The notes beneath the pieces were generated by a model. It had not been told where the DNA came from. It did not search any database and saw nothing but the letters and a program-made list of their open reading frames with translations. Positions 8,405 through 18,991 of a stretch of 40,955 bases of DNA are shown piece by piece. Made by a program: the position numbers and the translations under genes. The stretch is from Chrysochromulina tobinii (Eukaryota): assembly GCA_001275005.1 (NCBI GenBank), contig JWZX01002937.1, positions 1 through 40,955 on the forward strand, in the 5' to 3' direction. Position 1 is the stretch's first letter. Every line of letters begins with the position of its first letter.

Positions 8405-10445
8405 GTCCACGCAGCCCCCATCGCGGGAAGACTCCCCATTCCGTCGCCCTTGCTGTGAGGCTGCGAGGGGCACTCGTGTCCCGTAGCCGCAGCCCTATCG
8501 GCGGCGGAGGTGCCGGAGCCAGTTCCGTAGCCGAGGCAGGGGTCGAGCCGGGTGCCGGGGCGGGCGCCGGGGCTGGTGCCGGAGCGGGTGCTGGGGCCGG
8601 AGCGGGCGCCAGGGCTGGTGCCGGGGCGGGTGCTGGGGCCAGAGCGGGTGCCTGAGCGAGCGCCGTGGCAGGTGCCGGAGCGGGTGCAGGGGCAGGTGCC
8701 GGGGCGGGCGCCGTGCCGGGCTGTGCAGAGACGCGGCGGCGGCGGGTGTCCTGGCTCTCCTCGGCGGCGGGGGGGCCCTCTGCGACAATGGCGAGTAGCT
8801 CGGCCGCGCGCGGGATGATGGTGCCCGGTGCAGCGCGGACACATTCGGGTTCTTCGCCAAGCTCGGCGTCAGAAGTTGGAACGGGGGTCTTCATGATCAT
8901 GTGCCCGATCAACTTCTGCAGCTCGTCCAGAGACGAGGCCACCTTGTAGGGGGTGCCGACGTGCGATGGCGCATACGTGATGGATGTCTTCCCGGGCTTG
9001 GTCGTGGAGAGTAGAATTCCGCGCGACATGAGTGCGTTGACTTGAGCGACGGTGGCCGCGTCGTCGGCCGTCTCAACGCGCATGATCACCACGTTTTTGG
9101 AGACCAAATCGGGGGCCTTGAAAAAGGTGACCTGAGACGCCTTGAGCCGGAGGAGGCCGGCGAGACCCGGCTTGATGCGCAGGTTCGCGTCCGTAACGCT
9201 CATGGCGCCCGAGAGGAAGAAGATGTTCACTCCCTGGACTGGGTCGTGACGGAAGGTCTCAAACTGGGCATCGCCAAGAAGGGTGACACTGTTGGCCAGG
9301 CACCAATCCAGATGCGGCTTGCTCACGCAGGTGCACATGTACACATATTGCCCCTTGAAGGCGCGAGGGTCGGTGATGAAGTACGCGGACGAAACCAGGT
9401 GCTGGTGCCAGAGCTCGAAAATAACCTCGGACTGCATGACGTGGAGGCGACCACGGGTCTTGTCTACTGCGATGGCGAAGCGGAGTGCGTCGGCAGGCTC
9501 ATCACGTGGGAGACCAGGGCAGAAGAAGTGGCCAAAAAGTCCTTTGCGAAAGGCTTCCGCGAGCTGGTCGACGTACTCGGGGAAGACGGCAATCGAATAC
9601 AAGCCCGAGATCTGGTTGTCGTCAATGACAATATCGAAGCTGCGATGGCCGTTCTCGTAAACGTCCTCGAAAGTGACGGGCTTGGGCGCACCCTCCTTGG
9701 TCAGAAACGTGTAGTCAATCTTGAGGAGCAGGTCAGCCAGTGCATCCCGCTTCTTGAGCGCAGCAGCAGTTTTGATACCCATGGGCATCATGAAGGGGTT
9801 ATCGACGTGCTTCGCCTCGCGGTTGGTGACTGGGCAGATGAACATGAGGGTGGGGACCTTGACATCCTCGTGCAGCGGATCGATAGATTTGTGAGTGTCC
9901 ATAGTGAGCCTAGAGATGTCGCGCTCGACCACGCCCGGCTCGAAAGTTTGATTGGCGGGCATGCCTGGCAGGCGTTCTCGGACAGTAGTGGCCACGTTGC
10001 GCTTGTCTTGGAGGACGCGAGCAAGGCGACCGAGCGCCGGCGTGAGGTCGGACGCGATCGTCGGTCCGAGTGGGTTCGATGCGGGCTGTGGCGGGGGTAG
10101 GTTGTGTTTGCGAGCGCCACCGTTGTTGACGCCGAGCAAAGTCGTGTTGCCCGGGGCAGTGGGCTGAATGGCAGGAGCAGCGGCCACGGATGGTGGCGTG
10201 TCGCCCGTAACGAGAGTAGAGCTCGTCGGCGGATTGGTAGCAAGGGTGGCCGGAGGCCTCGGTGCCAGTGGTGCTCCAGGATGGGCACGGGTTGCATCTC
10301 TTGCGCCGCCCGAGGCGGTGGTTTCATTTACGGCATCGGCGCGCGCTGCGCGTTTGGCCTTGGCCGGTCGAGTGGGGGCTTGCGCCGTCGTCGTAATGTC
10401 CATTGACACCACGCGGTCGCGCGTATCCGTGTGGGAAGGGTCCAT
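8397..10445 (-). CDS. LINE ORF1 (gag-like position; about 682 aa from first ATG) with a C-terminal Pro-Ala tract
   Basis: Long uninterrupted ORF directly upstream of, and overlapping, ORF2 on the same strand. No recognisable CCHC knuckle; the call rests on position. Confidence 0.75.
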   Translation of the reverse strand: MDPSHTDTRDRVVSMDITTTAQAPTRPAKAKRAARADAVNETTASGGARDATRAHPGAPLAPRPPATLATNPPTSSTLVTGDTPPSVAAAPAIQPTAPGNTTLLGVNNGGARKHNLPPPQPASNPLGPTIASDLTPALGRLARVLQDKRNVATTVRERLPGMPANQTFEPGVVERDISRLTMDTHKSIDPLHEDVKVPTLMFICPVTNREAKHVDNPFMMPMGIKTAAALKKRDALADLLLKIDYTFLTKEGAPKPVTFEDVYENGHRSFDIVIDDNQISGLYSIAVFPEYVDQLAEAFRKGLFGHFFCPGLPRDEPADALRFAIAVDKTRGRLHVMQSEVIFELWHQHLVSSAYFITDPRAFKGQYVYMCTCVSKPHLDWCLANSVTLLGDAQFETFRHDPVQGVNIFFLSGAMSVTDANLRIKPGLAGLLRLKASQVTFFKAPDLVSKNVVIMRVETADDAATVAQVNALMSRGILLSTTKPGKTSITYAPSHVGTPYKVASSLDELQKLIGHMIMKTPVPTSDAELGEEPECVRAAPGTIIPRAAELLAIVAEGPPAAEESQDTRRRRVSAQPGTAPAPAPAPAPAPAPATALAQAPALAPAPAPAPALAPAPAPAPAPAPAPAPAPAPGSTPASATELAPAPPPPIGLRLRDTSAPRSLTARATEWGVFPRWGLRGHV
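8545..8715 (-). repeat. Degenerate 6-bp repeat encoding a (PA)n linker in ORF1
   Basis: Translation PAPAPAPAPAPAPATALAQAPALAPAPAPAPALAPAPAPAPAPAPAPAPAPAP. Confidence 0.9.
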
Positions 10446-10761
10446 CGTTCGGCGCGGGCTCACGCTGCGTGGCTCCGGCGACCGCCGTCGCGCGCAAGGA
10501 GGCTCGCACTGAAAACTCGCGCCGAAAAAAAGGATCGGCCCGTCAACTGGATGGCGTTCGCGAATCAAGCGTGTGCTAGGTATGAGCGTCCGTTCAGCAA
10601 CCTTTTTCTACGGGGTTTCCAACTCTGACGTCGCATATGACAGTTTACGATACTTATCGAGTTATCGACTTCGGTCGTATGAACGTATCGTCTCCTCTCT
10701 CTTCGCTTTCTGGACACTGCCGCGCTCCACCTCACCTTCCGCTCGCACAAGGCGCGCGTCC

Positions 10762-11523
10762 TCACAACGCCGTTCCGCGCTCGAGGTTGGCGCGAATCTC
10801 GGACGTGTACCCGTCGAACGCGCGCCCAATCTTCTTATTAAACACCTCATTGCGCCGGTTGATGTATGTAACGTCCGCGTCCTCGTTGAAGGTGCGCCGG
10901 CGTGACCAGTTGGAGCGGCGCACGGCCGCGTCGTGCATGTCCTCGACGAGTGCCTGCACGCGCTCCTTGGAGACCGGCGGCGCCTGCCCATACGCGAGCG
11001 GGTCTGCATCGCCCTCGTCGACCACCTCATCACCCGTCGCCGCTCGGCCGGCCTCGGCCACGCGATTGGTCTGCTTCTTGTAGTGCCGGTACTGCGCCTC
11101 GTTATTGTACACATCCCACCCGTACTCGGCCCGACGCTTGCCCTTCTTCTCGGCCTTGTACAACCGTTCTGCCGCCGCCTCGGCCGTGATCTCCAAGTGC
11201 TGCTCCACCTCGGTGGCCTCGCCGCCGCCGCTCTCGGCCCGCGCCTTCTGCTTCGCCTCGTACGCGCGCTGGATGCGCTCCTCCTTGAGGCCGGCCTCAC
11301 CAAGCTTGGTGCGCCGGTCCTCAGCCACGACCGCCTTGTGGTTCTGCTGCCGCGCTGCACCAAGCTTTGACTTGAGCTGTGCCAGCCGCTGTGCAGCTGC
11401 GCTCTGCGGGAGCGATGACTGAAGGGCCGAGTCGCTCGATGAGGCCGCCGGTAGAGATGTGCCCAGGATGGCAGGCAGTGGTACTGCGTGGTAGCTCACC
11501 GCATGGCCGTCAATCTCGTCCAT
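10762..11523 (-). CDS. SYF2: Pre-mRNA splicing factor SYF2
   Basis: NHKAVVAEDRR, GWDVYNNEAQYRHYKK, SRRRTFNEDADVTYINRRNEVFNKKIGRAF and the C-terminal NLERGTAL match the SYF2 family. ATG at 11523. Confidence 0.92.
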   Translation of the reverse strand: MDEIDGHAVSYHAVPLPAILGTSLPAASSSDSALQSSLPQSAAAQRLAQLKSKLGAARQQNHKAVVAEDRRTKLGEAGLKEERIQRAYEAKQKARAESGGGEATEVEQHLEITAEAAAERLYKAEKKGKRRAEYGWDVYNNEAQYRHYKKQTNRVAEAGRAATGDEVVDEGDADPLAYGQAPPVSKERVQALVEDMHDAAVRRSNWSRRRTFNEDADVTYINRRNEVFNKKIGRAFDGYTSEIRANLERGTAL

Positions 11524-11720
11524 GGTTTGGCGGGGCAGAAAAAGGCGGACGCCCAAAGGTCACGCGAGTTGTCACGCCCAGGGGGTCGCACCAGACACAC
11601 GCGTTTCACATCAAACTGAGTGTTGTTTGGGGATAGGCCGCTTAGAGCCAAGCGGTTCTGTATTAAATACAATTGTACATCGCAAACGCAACTCGTATTC
11701 CAAAATTTGGGTCGAGACCG

Positions 11721-11820
11721 ATGGCGTACGCCTGTGACCATCTCAGGGCTGCGACAAGCGCTTCTCGCGGTCGGACACCCTCACGAATCACAAGCGCATG
11801 CACACAGGCGAGCGGCCGTG
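11721..11820 (+). pseudogene. Orphan frameshifted C2H2 finger copy
   Basis: tacgcctgtgaccatctcagggctgcgacaagcgcttctcgcggtcggacaccctcacgaatcacaagcgcatgcacacaggcgagcggccg is nearly identical to the fingers at 11996-12439 but has a net +2 nt change after YACDH. Confidence 0.75.
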
Positions 11821-11968
11821 CTCATGCGCTCCTCAATGTTAACTGAGTCGACAGGCAACGAGGAATAGGAACGAACTTGTCGAGAAAGTTTCGGTAATTG
11901 ACACCAAATGTGGCGCGGTGTCGCAAACGGACGAATTTAGAAGGTGCGATTAACGTGCACGATTAACG

Positions 11969-13147
11969 ATGGCGCTGTGCACGGGCGAGCGGCCGTACGC
12001 CTGCGAGCACGAGGGCTGCGGCAAGCGCTTCTCGCGGTCGGACACCCTCACGAATCACAAGCGCACACACACTGGCGACCAGCCGTACGCCTGCGACCAC
12101 GAGGGCTGCGACAAGCGCTTCACGTGGTCGGACACCCTCACGAATCACAAGCGCACACACACGGGCGACCAGCCGCCGTACGCCTGCGAGCACGAGGGCT
12201 GCGGCAAGCGCTTCTCAGAGTCGAGCAACCTCACGGTGCACAAGCGCACACACACGGGCGAACGGCCGTTCGCCTGCGAGCACGAGGGCTGCAGCAAGCG
12301 CTTCTCAGTGTTGGACACCCTCACAAAGCACATGCGCACGCACACGGGCGACCAGCCGTACGCCTGCGAGCACGAGGGCTGCGGCAAGTGCTTCTCGCGG
12401 TCGAGCAACCTCAAGTCGCATATGCGCACAAGCTCGCATATGCGCACAAGCTCGCATGGCCAGTGCAGCCACAATGCGCCGGAGCACCTGTGTGACGACC
12501 TCGAGTGCGTCCAGCGCCGGGACATGCGCCGTCAGGTCGCTGTGGACTTTGGCCTGCAAGCGACCCGCTCGCCAGCAGCGCGCCCAGCGCCTGCCATGCT
12601 CCCATCAACGCCGCAGCGCTCGGGTGGCAGCAGCCGCAAGCGCCCACAGGAGGCCGAGGACTGGTACGAGGACGAGGAGGGCATGCAGCTCGCTGTGGCC
12701 CTGTCGGCCTCCGTCACACAGGCGGGCCTTCCCGATGAAAGGCGACAGTGGCTGGAAGGCCGGCCGGCTCACATGCAAGGCGCTTCTTCCAGCTTCGACA
12801 TGGAGCATGCTGGCAACAACGACCAGTTGGATGAGGTGGAGGTGGAAGTGGAAGTGGAATCGGAGGAGGTGGGTCCTTGCTTCGGCTGCTGCCTGGGCGG
12901 GGAAGTGACCTTGATCGGCACGGCGCGCGATCGACCAGACCCGTCCGAACCCGACGGCGGGTGGGGATACACCCCATGCTGCGGACAGACGGCACACTTT
13001 GACTGCCTCGGGCGCTGGCTCACCCCGGACGATCCTGACCATGGCAGGCTGGTGGAGTCGACGAACGGGCTGGTGGCCATCGAGCTCAAGTGCCCATTTT
13101 GCAAGAAGGCGCTCTCCCGCTCGCGCACGCGCATGCTGATGATCTAA
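11969..13147 (+). CDS. C2H2 zinc finger protein (5 fingers) with a UIM-like motif and a C-terminal RING-type domain
   Basis: Five YACxHEGCxKRF...HxRTH units with TGE/DQPY linkers. EDEEGMQLAVALSAS (12668-12712) is UIM-like. CFGC...TPCCGQTAHFDCLGRWL...KCPFC (12878-13103) is RING-like. Confidence 0.85.
   Translation: MALCTGERPYACEHEGCGKRFSRSDTLTNHKRTHTGDQPYACDHEGCDKRFTWSDTLTNHKRTHTGDQPPYACEHEGCGKRFSESSNLTVHKRTHTGERPFACEHEGCSKRFSVLDTLTKHMRTHTGDQPYACEHEGCGKCFSRSSNLKSHMRTSSHMRTSSHGQCSHNAPEHLCDDLECVQRRDMRRQVAVDFGLQATRSPAARPAPAMLPSTPQRSGGSSRKRPQEAEDWYEDEEGMQLAVALSASVTQAGLPDERRQWLEGRPAHMQGASSSFDMEHAGNNDQLDEVEVEVEVESEEVGPCFGCCLGGEVTLIGTARDRPDPSEPDGGWGYTPCCGQTAHFDCLGRWLTPDDPDHGRLVESTNGLVAIELKCPFCKKALSRSRTRMLMI
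11996..12439 (+). repeat. 84-87 bp minisatellite-like zinc finger array with a terminal 18-bp duplication
   Basis: The finger-coding units are near-identical; tcgcatatgcgcacaagc is duplicated at the end of finger 5. Confidence 0.9.
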
Positions 13148-13516
13148 GCCTAATGTGTGAATCTTGTTGATTTGCTGCCGTGTCGGTTTTGATATGTCGG
13201 CCTTGGCGCGCTTCGGCAGATTGTCCCAAACAAAAAGTCAGTCAGATCGGTTAGGGGATCAGATGATTTATAATCGGAGGTGCCCGAGACGCGAGAGCTG
13301 TGCTACAGCTGGCCAAGTGTTGTTAAGTGTTGAGCTCCGCTCTCGGCTCTGAGTCACAGCACCACACGTTCACGGACGTTTTCTTCTACAATAGCGCTGG
13401 GAATCACAGATTGAGACATGAGAGCCAGCACGGGGCCTCATTACCAGATTACCTCAAACTTGACATGCCCATGGCACGCAATCGTACATTCGTACTGCAA
13501 CCGCAAAGTCATCAGA

Positions 13517-16500
13517 TCACCTACGTACCGTGCCTCCCCCGGATCGCTGTCTCAGGCTCAGCGTATCAGGCGGGGTTCGCGCTGGCGGCGGTATGTGCCC
13601 GCCTGGTGGTGTGTACCCGCCTCGCTGCGGCGAGGGCTCGTAGGGCTGCTGGCCGGGGGGCAGCAGGCAGCGGCGTAGGCCCACGATGCACGGATGGAGC
13701 ACTGGCTCGAGGCACTGTGCCGTGGCGCCAGGCAGTGCGGCGAGCCCCTTGCACACCTCGGTACCCACGTTGCCTGTCTCCTTGGCCACGTGAGCCGTGG
13801 AGCGGCCACATGCGAGTACTCCGTCTGTGGTCGTGCGCGCGCACGTGCCCGCTGCGTTCGCGGTGCCCTGCGCGCACTCGATCGTGGCTTTCGACGTGCC
13901 CTGCGCGCAAGAGACAAAAGCGCCCGCCGTGCCTTTCGCGACGAAGACGACGCCATTGGCCGTCATCTGAGCTGCTTTGAACACAGCGAAGCCCGTCCCA
14001 CCTACAACGACGACCACGCCCATCCCAATCGCTTTGACGATGAAGGCGGTGTGGTGCGCCACGGCAAGGGCTGCTTTGACGGTCAGCTCGCCGGCAGCCT
14101 TACGCGCCTCATTGAGGGCCGAGAGCAACGCGCCCGCCTGCACAAGCAGCTGTACGGATGCCGCCCCCGTGGCCGCACCCGCCTCCGCCAGCTTGATGGC
14201 CGTGAGGCTCGCGAGCTTGCCCACTTCATCCCGCGCGCGCACGGCCGCGGCGACCGCCACCTCGGCCGCCATCGCCGAGGCGGCGACAGTGACGACGGCG
14301 AGGGCGGACATCTTCTCCCTGGCGGCGATGGCCATCTCGGCCAGCGCCTGGGTGGCCGCCACGGCCGCCTGCGCTGTGGCGTGGCTCGCCTTGACGGCGA
14401 GCGTCGCCAGGGCGGGCCAGCCGACGGTCGTGCTCCACTCTGCCGCAGAGATGGCCATCGCCACGCTGTTCTCAGCCGCCGTTGCCGCGAGCCTCGCCAG
14501 AGTGTCTCGGGAGGCCACGGCAAGCGCCATCGCCTGCGAGGCAGCGAGCTGCGCAAACATCGCCACCGCCGCGCCAGCGAGGCTCGCCTGGTCCTTGCCC
14601 CATTGTGCCACCATCACAACGAGCTGAGCGACCACCGCTGCCGCCTTGGCGATCGCCTCGGCACACGTGGCGGCCAAAGCGGCTCCGCGCTGCTTGGTCG
14701 CCGTCCACATCTCGCTGAGCCGAATGGCACACTGCACGACCGCCGCCGCGCGCCCGGCCGCATCCATCGCGATCTTGGCCTGCTCGAGCTCGCTCTCGAG
14801 CCGCTGCACCTCCAGATTCTGACTCTGCACGCGCAGCCGCTCCTCCTCGAGCGCCGACTGCAGCGAGACCAGCTGCTCCACGTGCACCGGTGCCAGCGCC
14901 GCCTCGGTCTCAGGGGTGTAGTCAGGGGACGCCTGAAGGTCGCGGAGCATCGCCTTGAATTGAGGCGACGCCTTGAGATCGTCTAGGGAGATTTCGTGCG
15001 CAGACGGCGTCGCTGGTGGCGTCTCGGGAGGCTCGATGGCAGCAGGGCGCTCGGCAGGGCGCTCTGCGGTCACCTTGCTCGCAATCTTCACCTCGGCTGA
15101 GCTCGCAATCTTGGACAGCGCTGGCGAGGGCCAACTTTGTGCGAGCAGGTTCTTCTCAACGGCCGCCTCGGCAACCAGGAGGTCCTCCGTGCTCTTGTCC
15201 TCAGTGCTCTTGTCCCAAGCTGACGCCTCCCCCGTCCTGCGCGGCGTCTTGTCGATCGCCTGCGCTGCCTCGGTCAACCAAGCTGGCGTGCCTGGCGTGC
15301 GCGCCCCCGCCGCTGTGGACCCTCTGATCTGGGCCGCGAGGTCAGGGGAGGAGCCTGCCGGGCTGGGCATGTACCCTAGGTTGTTGTACGAGCCCGTGGG
15401 GCTCGGCATGTATTTGGCCGGGCTCGGTGTGTGCAACGCGGCGCGCTGCGTCGTATGCGGGCTCAGTGGTCCTGCGCTAGTTGAGCCTCCGAGGTCCTCG
15501 CGCCGTGCTGAGCGTACGAGGTCCTCCACGCCCCTGGTGGCCGCCTCAAGCTCACCGAGCAGCACTTCAGCCCTCGCTTCCACCTCGATCGCCTTGCCGC
15601 GCTCCTCGGCGAGCTGGCGTCGTGCGAGGAGCCCTCGGATAGAGCTCTGAACGATCGTCGCCGCAAGTTCCTCAATCTCTTCATCCGTTGGAAAGTCTCC
15701 TTGCTCCATCTCGGCGGTTATCTCGGCGCTCCCAGCGTCGGCCTCCACCTTGGCTGCCCCAGCCTTGTCCTGAAGTGGAATCAGCAGCGGCGATGAGGAG
15801 CGTTCATAAGGCACTTCGGAGGCGGCCGAGGCCACGGCCGCCTCCCCACCCTCGGCACCTCGGGATTGCGCGGGCGCTCGGGACGGCGCTCCGGATGGGA
15901 CGGGAGCGTGAAAGGAGACGCCGTAACGGCCGTCCGAGTTGCGAATCAGCACCGCCACCCGGGTGTGTGCTTCAGCGGGCGCGGCAGCTGGTGGCGGCAC
16001 CTCCTTGGCTGACCCCGTCTTGTCCTCAAGTGGTGTCAGCAGCGGTGAAGAGGAGCGCTCATAAGGCACTCCCCATGATGAGGAGCGCTCGTAAGAAAGA
16101 TCGTAAGGCACTACGGAGGCGGCCGAGGCCACGGATGCCTCGTCGATGGCTTTGCAAATCGCCTCGCTGGTATAGGCAAACGCAAGGGCCTGAATCTCGC
16201 GAATCTCGCGAATCTCGCGAATCTCGCGAATCTCGCGACTTGTCGGCGACGGCTCAGGCGCGGAAGGCTCAAGTGCGACGTTTGGCGATGCCTTCGGCGA
16301 GACGACCTTCGGTGACCTCGTCGGCTGCTCCAGCGTCACCGCCGACGCCGCCGCCGCTGCTGTGGGCACCGTCGCCGCCGCGGGCAAATAAGGAGCGGCC
16401 ACGAGTGGCGTTGCGTTCTGAGCCTCTGCGGACTCCTCGGCGATCGCCGGCAGCGGCTCGCCGAGATTGGTCCCGAGATTGGCTCCGAGATTGGCTCCGA

Positions 16501-18991
16501 GATTGGCTCCGAGATTGGCTCCGAGATTGGCTCCGAGATTGGCTCCGAGATTGGCCCCGAGACTGGCCTCCTTTCCCGGTGATTCTCCCGAAGATTTCAC
16601 CTCCACAGCCCGCGCCGTCAAATCTCGCTCAATCTCCATCTCACGCTCCGCCAGCTCCAAGCGCTTCTTGAGCTGTTCGAGCTCCGCCTGAACTACAGCA
16701 GCAGCTACTGCCTCTGGCATAAGGGCCTCTGCGACCGCCTTTGCCTCTGCGGCTGCTTTCGCCTCCGCAGCCGCCTTCGCCTCCGCAGCCGCCTTCGCCT
16801 CCGCAGCCGCCTTCGCCTCTGCAGCCGCTTTAGCCTCGTTCGCCTCCAAAACTGCCTTCGCCTCCGCGACCGCCTTTGCCTCGGCGGCTGCCTTCGCCTC
16901 TGCGGCTAATTTCGCCTCCGCGACCGCCTTCGCCTCTGCAGCCGCCTTCGCCTCTGCAGCCGCCTTCGCCTCCGCAGCCGCCTTCGCCTCCGCAGCCGCC
17001 TTTGCCTCTGCAGCCGCCTTCGCCTCCGCAGCCGCCTTCGCCTCTGCAGCCGCTTTCGCCTCCGCAGCCGCCTTCGCCTCTGCAGCCGCCTTCGCCTCCG
17101 CAGCCGCTTTCGCCTCCGCAGCCGCCTTCTCCGCCGCAGCTGCCTTCGCCTCCGCGTCAGCTTTTGCTTGTAATTCCTCGATGGCCGCCTTCGCCTCCGC
17201 TGCCGCCTTTGCCTCCGCTGCCGCCTTCGCCTCCGCAGCCGCTTTCGCCTCCGCAGCCGCCTTCTCCGCCGCAGCTGCCTTCGCCTCCGCGTCAGCTTTT
17301 GCCTGTAATTCCTCGATGGCCGCCTTTGCCTCCGCTGCCGCCTTTGCCTCCGCTGCCACAATGCGTGCCTGTGCGTCCGCGACCTCCTGCTCTAACTTCC
17401 TCAAGCGCGCTTGCACCTCTGACCGCACGCGCGCCTCCGTCTCCGCCTTCTCAGCTGCTGCTCTTCGCTCGGCCTCCGCCTGTGCCTTCTTCGCCGTCTC
17501 CTCCGCAGCCTTCTTTGCCTCTGCTGCTCGCTCGGCCTCCGCAGCCTGCTTCGCCACGTGGGCCTCGGCGGCGGCGATGGCGGCGGCATCGTCAATGTCT
17601 ATCACCGCCCCCGCCCCTGCGACAACAGCGGCCGCCTTGGCCTCCGCCGCCGCCGCCTTAGCCTCCTCGGCTTGCACCTTCAAGGATCGCTCAATGACCA
17701 TCTCGCGCTGTGCTGCCGCGAGTCGAGCCTTGAGCTGCTCGATCTCGAGCTCCTCAGATAAGCTTGAGATCCGCCCGAGCGCTGCTTGCGACGCCTCGGG
17801 CGACAATGAGAGCTCGCTCCACGCTCCGCCGGCCGCCTTTGATGGCGATGTCGGAGCCGACGGCGCCGGTGCAGCCGCTACTACAGGTCGCCATAGGAGA
17901 TCGCCTGGTCGGATGGGTGAATAGCCTGCGAGCCCGCAGCTCTCGACCATCTTGAATACCTTGCCGCTCAAGAAGACGTGTTCCCCTCTCTGGTAGACTT
18001 TGGCAGGGTCGTAGGGTGGAATCGATAGGTCTTGCTCCACTGGCGCCGCCGCGGCTTCCTCTGCGATCGCATCTGAGGCTGGGTTGCCCGACGCCACTGC
18101 CTCGGCTGCGGCCGTGGCAGGAGCCACGTGCTTCAGCCGCACTCCTTGCTGAATCTCAGAGAGGAGACCGCTGCCGCCACCGCCGCCGCCACCAATGCCG
18201 CCACCGCCGCTACCCGGCCGCCAGGACTGTGCGGCGCTAGCACTGCTGGCGCTGCTGGCGCCGCCGCTGCCGGCGCTACTGCTGCGGCTCGCGGAGTCCT
18301 TCGGCTCCGAAGGTGTCTTGCGCAGGACGGCGTTCTGAATCTCGAGGTTGAGAGCTTGCTTGGGCGGCTGCGCCTCGTTCTTCGAGGTGGCTGCCTGGAA
18401 GCTTGGCGAGGAAGATGCCTTCGCTTTTGCCGCCGCCTGCTGCGCCTGCCGCTTCTCCTCAGGTACCAGCGACGAAATGACCGCGAGCGGAGAGATGGTC
18501 TCAGCCGGTGTGCCCGCCGCCGCCGCCGCCTCCCACGGCTGGAGCGCCCACGCGAGACGAGGAGCATCGTAGCCATCCACGTCCTCGTGCTCGGACTTTT
18601 TGCGGCCGCACTTGCAGATGCCAAAGCGGTCGGCGGTGAGGTCGACGCGATAGCGTGAGCACTTGCGCGGCGAGGTAGGTGCCGCCTCGTTGAGCGTTTC
18701 CTCGAGCTTCCGGAAGCGGAATCGCAACTCGTTCGTGTCCGGGACCAAGGGTGAAGTATCGGAAAGGGCCTCAGCCTTTGGGTTCGGCGTCGGCGGGTTG
18801 CGCGACTTGAGCTCAAATCCAGCCATGAAGCCCGAAGGCTTTGGGCTCCGCGTGGGCGAATTGTTCGTCTTGAGGATTTTGGCCTCCTTTTCCAGCTGGA
18901 ACTCCTTCTTCCGAAGCGCGTTGATCTCGGCTCGCAGCCGAGCTATCTCCCGGACCTCAGGCGAGTCCGGTGCAGGGGAGCACCCGTCCAT
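13517..18991 (-). CDS. Large low-complexity coiled-coil protein with two WH2-like motifs, a CBM5/12-like domain, an IQ motif and a hydrophobic Ala-rich C-terminus
   Basis: 1,824-aa ORF from ATG 18991. Motifs: [14 protein letters not shown] and [15 protein letters not shown] (WH2-like), [22 protein letters not shown]...GYSP...LWRPV, and [18 protein letters not shown] (IQ). AAEAKA repeats. In-frame introns cannot be excluded. Confidence 0.75.
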   Translation of the reverse strand: MDGCSPAPDSPEVREIARLRAEINALRKKEFQLEKEAKILKTNNSPTRSPKPSGFMAGFELKSRNPPTPNPKAEALSDTSPLVPDTNELRFRFRKLEETLNEAAPTSPRKCSRYRVDLTADRFGICKCGRKKSEHEDVDGYDAPRLAWALQPWEAAAAAGTPAETISPLAVISSLVPEEKRQAQQAAAKAKASSSPSFQAATSKNEAQPPKQALNLEIQNAVLRKTPSEPKDSASRSSSAGSGGASSASSASAAQSWRPGSGGGGIGGGGGGGSGLLSEIQQGVRLKHVAPATAAAEAVASGNPASDAIAEEAAAAPVEQDLSIPPYDPAKVYQRGEHVFLSGKVFKMVESCGLAGYSPIRPGDLLWRPVVAAAPAPSAPTSPSKAAGGAWSELSLSPEASQAALGRISSLSEELEIEQLKARLAAAQREMVIERSLKVQAEEAKAAAAEAKAAAVVAGAGAVIDIDDAAAIAAAEAHVAKQAAEAERAAEAKKAAEETAKKAQAEAERRAAAEKAETEARVRSEVQARLRKLEQEVADAQARIVAAEAKAAAEAKAAIEELQAKADAEAKAAAAEKAAAEAKAAAEAKAAAEAKAAAEAKAAIEELQAKADAEAKAAAAEKAAAEAKAAAEAKAAAEAKAAAEAKAAAEAKAAAEAKAAAEAKAAAEAKAAAEAKAAAEAKAAAEAKAVAEAKLAAEAKAAAEAKAVAEAKAVLEANEAKAAAEAKAAAEAKAAAEAKAAAEAKAAAEAKAVAEALMPEAVAAAVVQAELEQLKKRLELAEREMEIERDLTARAVEVKSSGESPGKEASLGANLGANLGANLGANLGANLGANLGANLGTNLGEPLPAIAEESAEAQNATPLVAAPYLPAAATVPTAAAAASAVTLEQPTRSPKVVSPKASPNVALEPSAPEPSPTSREIREIREIREIREIQALAFAYTSEAICKAIDEASVASAASVVPYDLSYERSSSWGVPYERSSSPLLTPLEDKTGSAKEVPPPAAAPAEAHTRVAVLIRNSDGRYGVSFHAPVPSGAPSRAPAQSRGAEGGEAAVASAASEVPYERSSSPLLIPLQDKAGAAKVEADAGSAEITAEMEQGDFPTDEEIEELAATIVQSSIRGLLARRQLAEERGKAIEVEARAEVLLGELEAATRGVEDLVRSARREDLGGSTSAGPLSPHTTQRAALHTPSPAKYMPSPTGSYNNLGYMPSPAGSSPDLAAQIRGSTAAGARTPGTPAWLTEAAQAIDKTPRRTGEASAWDKSTEDKSTEDLLVAEAAVEKNLLAQSWPSPALSKIASSAEVKIASKVTAERPAERPAAIEPPETPPATPSAHEISLDDLKASPQFKAMLRDLQASPDYTPETEAALAPVHVEQLVSLQSALEEERLRVQSQNLEVQRLESELEQAKIAMDAAGRAAAVVQCAIRLSEMWTATKQRGAALAATCAEAIAKAAAVVAQLVVMVAQWGKDQASLAGAAVAMFAQLAASQAMALAVASRDTLARLAATAAENSVAMAISAAEWSTTVGWPALATLAVKASHATAQAAVAATQALAEMAIAAREKMSALAVVTVAASAMAAEVAVAAAVRARDEVGKLASLTAIKLAEAGAATGAASVQLLVQAGALLSALNEARKAAGELTVKAALAVAHHTAFIVKAIGMGVVVVVGGTGFAVFKAAQMTANGVVFVAKGTAGAFVSCAQGTSKATIECAQGTANAAGTCARTTTDGVLACGRSTAHVAKETGNVGTEVCKGLAALPGATAQCLEPVLHPCIVGLRRCLLPPGQQPYEPSPQRGGYTPPGGHIPPPARTPPDTLSLRQRSGGGTVRR
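16192..16238 (-). repeat. 9-bp tandem repeat (REI)x5
   Basis: gaatctcgc repeated in tandem. Confidence 0.9.
16463..16565 (-). repeat. 12-bp tandem repeat (GANL)x about 8
   Basis: gagattggctcc repeated in tandem. Confidence 0.92.
16730..17358 (-). repeat. 18-bp AAEAKA coding repeat array with a higher-order duplication
   Basis: gccttcgcctccgcagcc units; the [19 protein letters not shown] block occurs twice. Confidence 0.92.

Larger units (their letters stand above)
1..10445 (-). mobile_element. Large APE-type non-LTR retrotransposon (LINE) with RNase H; 3' end lies outside the window and the 5' boundary is uncertain (about 10450-10750)
   Basis: Co-oriented ORF1 and ORF2. ORF2 carries APE motifs (LSLNMKG, VALQE, RRGGVLLAW, VYVP, AGDWN, DLDFVFV, FDH), RT motifs (LRDIWL, YVDLTKCF, GFLQGAQGSP, FVDD) and RNase H motifs (TDGS, EAEL, TDC, HVHSH, NEAADATAK). 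No introns are needed. No TSD or 3' tail is visible. Confidence 0.93.

Noticed and set aside
15900..15968. PDZ-like start ([18 protein letters not shown])
   Set aside because: Only the first two strands are present and are followed by low-complexity sequence, so this is not a full domain.
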